The position numbers and the translations under genes were made by a program. DNA of 64,000 nt from Takakia lepidozioides (Eukaryota; Plantae; Bryophyta): NCBI GenBank assembly GCA_030704615.1, contig CM060732.1, positions 35,898,001 to 35,962,000 of the forward strand, given 5' to 3'. Positions 10,549 through 21,219 of this stretch are shown here, in pieces (positions within the stretch are counted from its first letter, which is position 1; every line of letters begins with the position of its first letter). The notes beneath the pieces are model-generated. The model was not told the DNA's origin and searched no databases. It saw only the letters and a list, made by a program, of their open reading frames with translations.

Positions 10549-13500
10549 GTGGGGAGCCCTTGTTTCCACCGGAGGAGGAAGAGAAGGAAGTCATTATACT
10601 TCACGAGCACTAGGGACAAGAATAGAGCCAGATATAGAATGAGGATGGAAAGAGTAGACGAAGAGGAAAAGGAGGAAGAAGAGGGCAAAGAGGAAAGTCA
10701 GGCAATGGAAGAGCAGGAATTTGGAGAAGAACAGCAACCCGCCATACTTCCAAGAACAGGTGAGGAGGAGACTGAATCCGAGGGAGAGACAGACGCCGAA
10801 GATGATATTGATGTTGGCCTCAGGAAGAACCAGATAGTGGAAAAGAGGATGGGGGAGATGCTCCAGAACATGCTCGGCGTAGAGAGCAGTCCGAAGCGCA
10901 AAGGGTCTCCGGCGATTGGGGAGTCTTCTGGAGCAGCCAAAAAAAAGGTACAATGTTTGAGACCGACCTTTGTGCTTCATTGGTGATGTGAACCCCAGTT
11001 GTGCTTGTATTTTGATATGAAAACCGCCTATACACGGCATCTTTGGCAGGTTGAATCCACCCCGAATTGGAAGCTCAAACAGTGTGCGGCAACGCACACT
11101 GTTTGAGCCCCCCATTTTGCTTGTTTTTTGATGTGCAAAACAACCAGATAGGGCCACTATGGCAAATTCGATCCACCCCGAATTGGAAGCTCAAACAGTG
11201 TGCGGCACCGCACACTGTTTGAGCCCCCCATTTTGCTTGTTTTTTCATGTTCAAAACGGCCACATAGGGCCACTATGGCAGGTTCAATCCACCCTGAATT
11301 GGAAACTCAAACAGTGTGCGGCACCGCACACTATTTGAGCCCCCCATTTTGCTTGTTTTTTCATGTTCAAAACGGCCACATAGGGCCACTATGGCACGTT
11401 CAATCCACCTTGAATTGGAAGCTCAAACAGTGTGCGTCAACGCACACTGTTTGAGCCCCCCTTGTGCCTTGTTTTTTGGTGTGGAAATGGTGCACACAGG
11501 GGCCTCTCTATCTGGTTCAATCCACCCCTAATTTGAAGCTCAAACAGTGTGCGCCAACGCACACTGTTTCAGCCCCCCTTCTCATTGTTTTTGGAATAAT
11601 AAAATTGTCCAGACAGGGTAACTCTGTGAGGTTCAATCCACACTAACCTGGAAGCTCAAACAGTGTGCGTCATTGCACACTCTTTGAGCCCACCTTGTCA
11701 TTGTTTTTTTCATATGAAAATCGGCCACATAGGGCTAGTCTTGCAGGTTCAATGGACACTTACCTGGCAGCTCAAACAATGTGCGTGAACGCACACTGTT
11801 TGAGCCCACCTTGTCATTGTTTTTTTCATGTGAAAATCGGCCACATAGGGCCACTCAGGCAGGTTCAATCCACCCCGAATTGGAAGCTCAAACAATGTGC
11901 GGCACCGCACACTGTTTGAGCCCCCCATTTTGCTTGTTTTTTCATGTTCAAAACGGCCACATAGGGCCACTCTGGCAGGTTCAATCCACCCTGAATTGGA
12001 AGCTCAAACAGTGTGCGTCAACGCACACTGTTTGAGCCCCCCTTGTGCCTTGATTTTTTGGTGTGGAAATGGTGCACACAGGGGCCTCTCTGTCTGGTTC
12101 AATCCACCCCTAATTCGAAGCTCAAACAGTGTGCGCCAACGCACACTGTTTGAGCCCCCCTTCTCATTGTTTTTGGAATAATAAAATCGTCCAGACAGGG
12201 TATCTCTGGGAGGTTCAATGAACAATTTCCTGGGAGCTCAAACAGTGTGCGGCAACGCACACTGTTTCAGCCCCCCTTCTCATTGTTTTTGGAGTAATAA
12301 AATTGTCCAGACAAGGTAACTCTGTGAGGTTCAATCCACACTAACTTGGCAGCTCAAACATTGTGCGTCAACGCACACCGTTTGAGCCCCCCTTTGTAAT
12401 TGTTTCTTGAATGTGAAAATCGTGCACACAGTCGCCTCTCTATAAGGTTCATTCCACCCCTTTTTGGAAGCTCAAACAGTGTGTGGCATTGCACACTGTT
12501 TGAGCCCACACTTGACATTATTTTTTCATTTTAGAATCGACCACAAAGGTCATCTCTGTCAGGTTCAATTCACACTTACCTGGCAGCCCTAATTTGCTTG
12601 TTTTTTGACATGGAAATTGTGCACCTAGGGCCAGTCTGGTAGGTTGAATCCTCCCCGAAATGGAAGCTCAAATAGTGTGCGGCAACGCACACTGTTTGAG
12701 CCCCCTTCACTGACTTTTCTTTTATTTCAAAATCGGCCACTCATGGCCACTATGCCATGTTAAAATCACCCCTTATTGCAAGCTCAAACAGTGTGCGGCA
12801 ACGCACACTGTTTGAGCCCCCTTGTCTGCTTGTTTTCTGTTGTGAAAATCGGGCACCTAGGGCCACTCTGGCAGGTTGAAACGAACCCTTATTGGAAGTT
12901 CAAATAGTGTGCGGCAACACACACTGTTTGAGCCCCCTCTCTGCTTGTTTTTCTATGTGAAATTGGGCCAAACAGGGCCAGTATGCATGCTCAAAACACC
13001 CATAGTTGGTAGCACGAAGAGTGTGCGGCAACGCACACTGTTTGTGCCCCTTTTTTGGCCCCCTCTCTGCCTGTTTTTTGGGTGGAAATGTGCCACATAG
13101 GGCCAAATATCATGTTCAAAACACCACTATTTGGAAGCTGAAACATTGTGCGGCAACGCATAGTATTTTCGGCCCCCACACTGCTTGTTTTCTGATGAGA
13201 AATTGGGCCACATAGGGCCTGTCTGCCATGCTCAAAACACCATCGTTTCATGCCTCTCTCTTATATCAATTTGAATGAACAACTCTGCAGGAGGAGATGC
13301 AAAGTGTGGCGGATTAGATTCCTTTGGGACAGGGGAAGGAGATCATTGTTGATGTGGACGATGAGTTCTATGAAAGCAAAGCTGCTGAGATGCTGGGGGG
13401 TCAGAAGGTAAACTCTCAGCTTGTGGTGCAAAGTATGCTAGCCCCGGGTGGGAGGTTGAAGATTCCCCTATGTAGGTTGGTTTCCATGCCCGTCGTTCGT

Positions 13501-15392
13501 CCACCCCTCATCAAGGACATCCTGAAGCTGGAGGCCGAGTTTGTTCATGGGTATTTGGATGGATCCGTAGTCTTTTACGTTTCTACAATGGATTCCAGAG
13601 GCAATGAGTCAGTCGTGGACTCCTGGGATCCCATTTGGAGACAGGTGAACGAATCCTTCGAACTTCTTCTCTCCAGGAAACCTTCCACCTAGGCATTCTC
13701 AGGGAAGATGTTTCACGTTTGGGATGGCAACCACCGGTTGCTTGCATGGATGGCTGTCATTGGGAGGCTGCACTCACAGGAGGAAGAGTGGCATTACTCT
13801 GTTCGATCGATGGTGCTGGATTGTGACGGGAACATGCTGGGTCTTTTGATGGCAATGAATGATGTGAACAGGTTGGTTTCTCATTCTACATGTTCCACTT
13901 GTGGTTCCGTGGTTCTTTGGTTCCAGTCCTCTGTTGACGGTCCTTGAATTTCATTCTGACTTTCACACATCATTCTGAAGAGGGACGGAGACATTGCATG
14001 TCAAAACGAGTCTGGTTCACACACTGTACAGGATACAAAGGATCGGGCATATGCCCTTGACCAACTTCAAGACCATCCTTTCAGCAGAGACGTACAAGAA
14101 GTGCGAAAGCTCCAAGACATCAGAAACATGGTACTCGTTGATCCGTGAGGCTTTCATGGAGTATATGTACGCAGTGAGATACGTCTTCCATCATCTGGCC
14201 TTTTGATATTCCTGCTTCCACATGTTTGTTTCTGTTTTTTCCCTTGCCCTTGGGTTGATGCAACTCTCGTGCATTCCCTTACAGCAAGACATTGCAGATG
14301 CAGGAGAGTGTGGCAAACTGGAATACTACAGCTTTACCCCTGAGGAGAGAAGGACAGCAAAGGGCGTTGAGAGTCACATCCAGAAGGAGATGACCGCCAC
14401 AAGAAAGACTATTATGAGTACTTTTGTGAAACAACTGAGAATTGCAGACCCAACCTTTGGACCAGAGTTCCTTCAAGAGGTGAAAAACCATTACAACAAG
14501 CCTGGCAAGCCGGAGATGGCCCAAGAGAAGTTACACAGGTTGTCTACTGCCGTTGTGTCTTTAGAACAGAAGGTGAAGTGGCTACAGATATGGAACTCTG
14601 ATGCCACTGTTAGGGATACCCACATGTTCCCCAGGCCGGAGAAAGAGAAGAAGACCCAGCGTATCATTCCTGTCAGTGACAATGTGCTGGACACATGGCT
14701 TCACAAGGCCACTTACTGGAACCAGGTACGATGTCCTTTGTTGTGTCACTTTCTTTTCGTTTTTTCTGTCATTCTTTTTCCATGTTACATTGGTTGTGAT
14801 TGTTTTTGTGTTCATTCTTGCTTCTGTATTGGTCTGCAATTGGAGGAAAGGGCCCGGTCGGTTCTACATACGCAGCTGGCTGACTATGGGATCACCATGA
14901 CAGAACCGAAGGTCTCTTTCCAAGCATACATGTGGAAATGGAGAGCCACAGTGTGGCAATCTTGTTTCTTCAGAGAGTTCAGCAAGGATGCTGGCATCAG
15001 TCGAATAAATGAGCTTGACCAGCAAGAGAAAGGAGAGGAAGCCTGGAAATGATGCCTTTACAGGTGCGAAATGGACTGTGCTTCTTTGTTTTGCATAGAC
15101 ACAATCTCCTCCATCCAACCTGTTTTTGGCTGGCTCATATGAGTTTGTAGTGGAGTGTAATGTGTCGCATACTCTTTTAAGGGGTCTTCGTGATGGGGTG
15201 GAAAAGCTGGGAGACAATATTTGCATTGCATAATGAGGTTGTCTCTGTTCCTGCAGGTACATAAAGTATGTTCTCATGGCAGAGAACTGCTTGGACAAAC
15301 ATCTTGATTTCGTGGACCTTTGGCTTGTCCCTGCTGGCAACCAGACCATGTTTACTACGGGGATCTTGCATGAGTGGGGCCCAGACCATCTT
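10549..15392 (+). pseudogene. Transposon accessory gene with acidic N-terminus and ParB/Srx-like domain; multi-exon, with premature stops
   Basis: Predicted exons about 10549-10947, 13291-13870, 13981-14173, 14285-14725, 14840-15063 and 15258-15392, mostly with GT-AG borders. KIPLCRLVSMPVVRP...LEAEFVHGY...FYVS...FHVWDGNHRLLAW resembles ParB/Srx N-terminal domains. In-frame stops at 13315, 13690 and 15050. Confidence 0.65.
10990..13240. repeat. Tandem array of about 19 units of 116 bp, each centred on a 36-bp palindrome GCTCAAACAGTGTGCG-N4-CGCACACTGTTTGAGC
   Basis: Palindromes start at 11073, 11189, 11305, 11421, 11538, 11654, 11770, 11886, 12002, 12120, 12236, 12352, 12470, 12666, 12782, 12898, 13012 and 13137. 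The unit at about 12586 lacks it. Confidence 0.97.
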
Positions 15393-18180
15393 GCTAGTTG
15401 TTCACCGAGTAGTTTGTGAATTGTCCCAGGCTGGGATTGCATGAGGTTAAGTGAAGTGTGCAGGTCAAATAGGTAGTGTGGGGGGGGGGGCATATATTGG
15501 TGAGGCTGTGTAGGTAGTTTTTGTAGCCTGAGTAAGAGGGTGCGGACGTTTGCGGTTGTGTGGGTGGCCAAGTAGTCATTACAGATTGTGGGTAGCGGGG
15601 AGATGGAAATGACTAGGGAGAAGAGAAGGTGTTGGGTGGGATATGCCTTGAGTTCCCGCATAGCTTGAGCAAGTGCCGCCGGGTGTTGGCAACTAGGTAG
15701 GCCAAAGATAGCGATGGGCTATGTGGGTGTGTGAGTAGCTGTCAGGGGGTTAGGGAGGAGTGGAGAGAAGTGGGCATACAGATGTTGATATGATGGCCTA
15801 AATGAGGTGGTGTTCGTTTGGAAGTAGAGTGAGTATCTTTCCTGGGAGTCATTGGAGAGTTTGCTAATGATATCATTAATAGTGATAGGTCCAGGGTTGG
15901 GGTGGATATCGCCTTTGCGTAGTAGTATAAGTAGTGCACATGTATGTTAAAATTTATTATGGGAGGACGGGGGGTGATGTAGAGAGTGTTTAGATGGGGG
16001 GGAGTATTGGCGGTACCGGCCGTGTGGACAATGGGTAATAAGATAGGTGTGAGGGGGTTGGTAAATATGTTTGCAGGGGAAGTGAGTGGCGGTGGGTGGG
16101 TATGGCTGAGATGGAGAGTGAAGGGTAGAATTATAGGTAGTAGTGGAGCTGGTTGGGGGTGCATATGGAGGGGGGTCAGATGAGGGGTAATTGTTATGTG
16201 GCGATTGGCGTGTATGAGGAGGTAGGTTGTGAGGGCACAAATATATGTATTAAGTGGTGAATACAGGAGGGTGAAACTATTGAATGTATTGGTTATGGGA
16301 TGAGTGGGTGAATGGCCAGGATGAATGTTGGCAAGGAGAGGCATGGATGAAAAGGCCGGTGGGTGAGTAGAGTTGTGGTTACGGGTGAGGGGGGTTTGGA
16401 TATGTAGTGAAGGTAGTGGTGTATAATTTGTGGGTGGGTACGATGGATGATAGTTTGTGGATGGATTTAGTGGAAATGGGTGACGGGAGCTGAAGGTCGG
16501 GGCTTGTGCATGACCGTTGGTGGCGGTATTAATGAGTAGAGAATGATGAGGGTAATTACGAGTGAATATAGGAGATATCATGAACGGTAAAGTAGAATAA
16601 AATTTGAAAACCTCAGCTAGGTTTGAAAGTGGAACAGATAAGCAAAACAATACATAAGCTAAGCATATCATGAGAGGGGAGATAGTGAGAAGTACTAGGT
16701 GACAGATCTTACTACGCGATCCAGAGTAGGTGTAGGCGGGGTGGTAAAGCCTGTGGAAACTAGTCATGGAGTGCGCAGGGGGTCACCGTGAGGAGAGGTG
16801 TGGAGGTTAGCTGTGAGCCTGGCCCCACAGGGGCTGACTCGTCGACAAGCTCTTGCAGACGCACTGTAGAAGTCCCGCCCAATGGTGTGGGCTGAGTTGT
16901 GAGCATTCCGTTGAGCGCAGGGGCAGCATGAAAGAATGTCTTGAGAGGTGGTCGGTGGCAGATCTGTGGGATGGTGGCACAAGGTAAGCTTGGGTCTAGG
17001 GTGCCAGAGCCCGGCAACTTCGGCAGGTTGGCAAGGACTAGATTTGCGTGGTGATAGAAGTTGGCCAGGTTATGGCCAAGGTTATCCGAGATAGACTTAA
17101 GAATGATACCATGTACTCGTGATAGGAGAGTTGGTGAGTAGTGATAGATGCTGAGAGCCGGGCCTCCATTGAAGTGATGTCATCACGCATGTCATTCCTG
17201 ATAAAGAGGGAGTGGGCCTCAAACTTTTGGTCGATTTCCTTGAACAGCTCGGCTTGCGCAATCGTGGGCTTGGATACGGGCTGAATAGTGATTGACTCCA
17301 CTGTGTCAAAAAGGGCCTGGTTAATGTTAGACACCTTCAGCTTGTCCAGCATCTCCTGCTCCGGTGGTGCAATTCCGTTGATACTATTATTGTGCGGGGC
17401 TATGGAGACAAAACGACCGTGTAGCTCGATGTAGGGTTGACTACACCTAGTGTAGATAGCAGGGTTCTTACAAGTGATGTGGAGCATCCCCAGGTGCTTA
17501 GTCGTTTCGGTGAAAGAGACCTTGCAGAAGTGGGTATGCGTGATGTTTCCCTGTCCAAACAAACTGTTGAGTTCACCTAGGATGACTTGCTGTGACTGAA
17601 GCATACAGAGATTTTTTGCCACGATCGTAAGGGCATTGCGCTTGGCTATGGCATCTAGGCTAGTTCCTTTGGTTCCTCCCTTGTTGGATTTCTTGACCCG
17701 AATGCATGGTTTGATTAGCACGTTGTCGATACGGACGCCGGACTCCAGAATGCGGGACCTGGTATCCTCGGTAGCAAGGTAAATGAAATCGTAGGAAGAC
17801 TCTGGGTTAGGCTTGGTAACATGGAGAATCTTATAGTTGTCACTTGTTAAGTGCCAGGAACGAAGATCGACCTGTCAACCAGTTTGGAATAACAAGAGAC
17901 TGCTAGAATATCGCCGAACTGACAGTTGCAGGTAAAATGGAGCAGGCTCGCGTGCATGAAGAGATCCAGGACTAGGGATTTTTGAAGGGTGCTTGAAGAT
18001 GGCAAGAGGGTTGAAGAAAGGATGATGGCGTACAGGCGTCTAGAGATGGTTTGCATCGACATGAAATCTGTGTGTAGCACGACGAGGTGGACCGGATGCT
18101 GTAGCCGGTGCTGTGCTTTTAGAGTGTAGGTTGATGTTGGAATAGTTGTCACTGGCCTTTGATGCCTTGCAGCGGCAGGG
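15393..18180 (-). mobile_element. 5' part of a non-LTR retrotransposon (ORF1 and start of ORF2), decayed
   Basis: ORF1-like pieces at 17847-18152, 17038-17721 and 16764-16982. The last ends in a TGA that overlaps the ATG of the 15742-16767 ORF. C/A-rich, G-poor sense strand like the 5400-5730 fragment, same orientation, and a 2A-like motif. Confidence 0.55.
15887..15943 (-). other. 2A/StopGo-like peptide TCALLILLRKGDIHPNPGP
   Basis: Direct minus-strand translation in the frame of ORF 14864-15661: hydrophobic run followed by GDIxxNPGP. Confidence 0.7.
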
Positions 18181-18306
18181 ACTGTGATTTCTCCTTTGAA
18201 TAGAGAAAAAGTGTAAATCCTATGACTTAGGCTTCATCAGGTGTTGATTTGAAGAGTGACAATGCAGATTTGATTCTAGTTACTGTTTGGGACAAGAAAG
18301 ATCTGC

Positions 18307-20890
18307 TTAAGGCTTCGTGAGCCCAAATGGCATCACCAAGAATTCGTAATGACCAAAACGAGATCGAAATCCTGTCTTTGGTATGTCAGAATTCTTGATC
18401 CGTATCTGACGATATCCAGACCGAAGATCAAGTTTTGAAAAAACCTGACTCCCATATAGATAGTCAAACAAATCGTCCACACGAGGCAAAGGAAACTTAT
18501 TCTTGATGGTGACCTTATTCAACCATCTATAGTCCACACACAATCTCAAAGTCCCGTCTTTCTTCTTCTTAAACATTACAGGGGCACCCCAATGGGATTT
18601 ATTTGGACGTATATACCCCTTTTCCAACAGGTCATTCAACTGCCTTTCTAACTCTTTACTTTCTGCAATTGAATGCCTATACGGTGCCCTTGCAACCAGT
18701 ACAACATCTGACATCAACTCGATAGCATGATCAACCTCCCGTTCAGGGGGCATCCCAGGGATCTCATCAGGAAACATATCTTTATATTCATTCAGGATTA
18801 GGCCAAGTCTGGGATGTGACTTCCCTTCTCCCTGATTTGTTTCCAAGACCTCATGCAAGCTAACAGTAAAAAGCTGAGCACTTCCCCTCCGCATACATCT
18901 CTTAATCTGAATAGCTGACAAGACAGGTACATTGAGAAGAGCTCTAGTACCTTTGATATTGAATCTCTTCCCATTGGGCAACGTACCACTAACCAGTCCG
19001 GATTTGCAAGCCACCACAGCATCAACCGGATCCAGCCACCGCATGCCAAGGATGCAGTCGTACCGAGCTCCCTCCCAGACCTCGAAGTCAGCCATAGTTT
19101 GTACTCCTTGCATGACCATCGGTACCTTTGGGATGTGTTTGTGCGTAGAATCCATGCCACCATCTGGTAACAGGATTTGACAGGGTTGCATGTCTTCTTG
19201 AACTAGTCCCAACTTGTCAGCAAAATCCTTTGACAACAGGTTATGAGTGCTGCATATATCAATCAGCACCTGAGTGGGAATTCCAGCCACTCTCCCCTGA
19301 ACCCGTATCACACTGGGGTCATGCTCTATTTGGTCTCCAATGATAGAGGCAGAAACCCGCACATTAGGACTTTTCCCTTTTTCTTGTCTTGACTTCTCCC
19401 CAGTTTCAACAGCCGCACAAGGTTCTGCAGGTTCTTCAACTGTCAAAGGCGGCTATCTGTCGAGCCTGACGATAATTCGGGTACTTAATACACTCAGCAG
19501 CTCTGTGTCCGGGTTCATGGCACAAGAAACACAAACCCTTACGCCTGTGTTCTTCCTGCTCTTTGAAACTGAGCCTTGGAGGAGCCCTCATTGGCGGTCT
19601 CCGTATAGTTTGATCCCCCACCTTCTTAAACAGTTTAAATCTCTTTCAATTCCCTCTCTTCGCTGGTGACTGCCAAGGACTAGATGATCTAGGCTTGAAC
19701 TCTGCCGTGCCACGAGCAAAATTCGAAGAACGTTGTGCCCTCACTTCGTTCTCAAAATTACAGGCCAAACGATATGCTTCTGCCTCAGTACGAGGGTTGT
19801 GGGCTTTGACCTTAAATTTGAGAGAATCACTGAGGCCATCAACAAAAAAATCAACTCTGTCCTCTTCACTCAACGAGGGGAAATAATTGGCATGGGTTTC
19901 AAATCTCGTCTTAAACTCTCCCACGCTCATAGTCTCATGTTTCAGCCTGAACAATTCAACTTTCATCTTATGTGCATAGTCGCCCGGTAGGTAGTGGGCT
20001 AAGAATAGTGCCTTAAACATAGCCCAACTATCCACATGTGGTTTCTTGTGTTCACGGCGTTCCTGCTTCTGGCGCGACCACCATAGCTTGGCGGCATCAC
20101 GGAGCTGTAGAGCAGCTGTCTGTATCTTTGCTTCCTCTGAATAATCGTCCTCAAAGAACTCTTCTAATGTATCCAGGAAAGACAATATTTCCTCGGGTTT
20201 GACAGATGGCTTACCATAAAATTCTGGCAATTTCACCAATCTTCTGATTTCCCTGGTGACATCCTTGCTTCTTTTCATCTTGGCCTCATGGGAGTCGGCC
20301 TCAGATTCGTCCTCATTCAGTGGCTCACTCATAGGCAGCTCCCTAGATCACTTTTCAGTTTGAGTTTGTGCAGGGGCCAATTTCTGTATCTCAGATCGAA
20401 TCAAAGTACCTAAGGCCTCCATCTGTTGCTGGGAAAACAACTGACTTCCATGTTCGCGATCTGAAGCTCGGTGCAGACTGGCCGCATCTGAGCGCTCACG
20501 GTCTCCCGCCATTTCACTATCCTGATCGTCGTCACCGGGGTGTGTGCTCACAGAGCCGAATGAGATCTGGCTCATTCACACGATTACCCTACTTCTGGAA
20601 ATTCCGAATTTCACAATCTGTTCTCCCCGATCGCAAAACGGCTCTGATACCACTTGAAAAGAATCTGACTCTCTTTCCTCAGTCCAACTACAGAACCAAT
20701 TCAGGCCCTTTTCTTATCTTGCCGTTCATAGGGAATCTATCAGGATCCCAAGAAATCTGCTTGCTTGAATCAACGTCAATATGGACTCATGTGACCATCT
20801 TCTTTTATTCCAGTCACCATTCATTGACTCAGACCGTAACAGAGACCACACCAGTCCAACGATCGTTCACCCCTGTTCTTCACGAAAGTG
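18307..20890 (-). mobile_element. Ty3/gypsy retrotransposon 5' part: partial LTR, PBS, gag, zinc knuckle, protease, truncated RT
   Basis: Gag (KLPEFYG...LRDAAKLWW), knuckle CFLCHEPGHRAAEC, protease [29 protein letters not shown]...LDLRSGY...MPFGLT. LTR end TCA at 20655. Confidence 0.9.
20641..20652 (-). promoter_or_regulatory. Primer-binding site for initiator tRNA-Met (TGGTATCAGAGC)
   Basis: Plus strand GCTCTGATACCA, 2 nt from the LTR end CA. Confidence 0.9.
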
Positions 20891-21219
20891 TATATGAGGC
20901 CCATGAATGTGGCTGGGGCATTGGTGAGACCAAATGGCATAACCATGTATTCAAAATATCCATACCTAGTGAGGAAAACGGTCTTATATACATCTTCATC
21001 AGCGACTCGAATTTGGTTGTATCCACTCCTCAAATCAAGTTTCGTAAAGTATTTTGCTCCTCGCAGTTGGTCAAATAGATCGTCTATGCGTGGTAACGGG
21101 TACTTGTTCTTCATTGTCTGTTGGTTGAGTGCTCGATAATAAATGCACATGCGCATTACTCCATCTTTTTTCTTCACAAACAACACCGGCGCTCCATACG
21201 GGGATACACTTTCGGGCAT
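20890..21219 (-). pseudogene. Gypsy reverse transcriptase fragment
   Basis: [15 protein letters not shown]...[13 protein letters not shown]...[10 protein letters not shown]...[12 protein letters not shown]. Confidence 0.9.

Larger units (their letters stand above)
5731..15392. mobile_element. Large Mutator-like (MULE) DNA transposon with two divergent genes and an internal palindrome array; right end truncated
   Basis: Sharp compositional junctions with LINE sequence at about 5730 and 15392. Contains a MULE transposase (-) and an accessory gene (+). GTGAGC/GCTCAC repeats lie at the left end. Confidence 0.7.

Noticed and set aside
11073-13173. CRISPR array (36-bp palindromic repeat with regular spacing)
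   Set aside because: The intervening 80-bp segments are homologous to each other and recur rather than being unique spacers. No cas genes are present, and the array lies in a predicted eukaryotic intron.
11075-13251. Many short ORFs in the array (MRHRTLFEPP...)
   Set aside because: They are by-products of the 116-bp period, which is not a multiple of 3, so there is no continuous frame.
14840-15392. DNA methyltransferase fused to the ParB-like domain
   Set aside because: ParB-MTase fusions exist, but no DPPY/SPPY or FxGxG motif is visible before the truncation.
20368-21078. 236-aa plus-strand ORF
   Set aside because: It runs antisense across gag, LTR and RT junctions of different elements.
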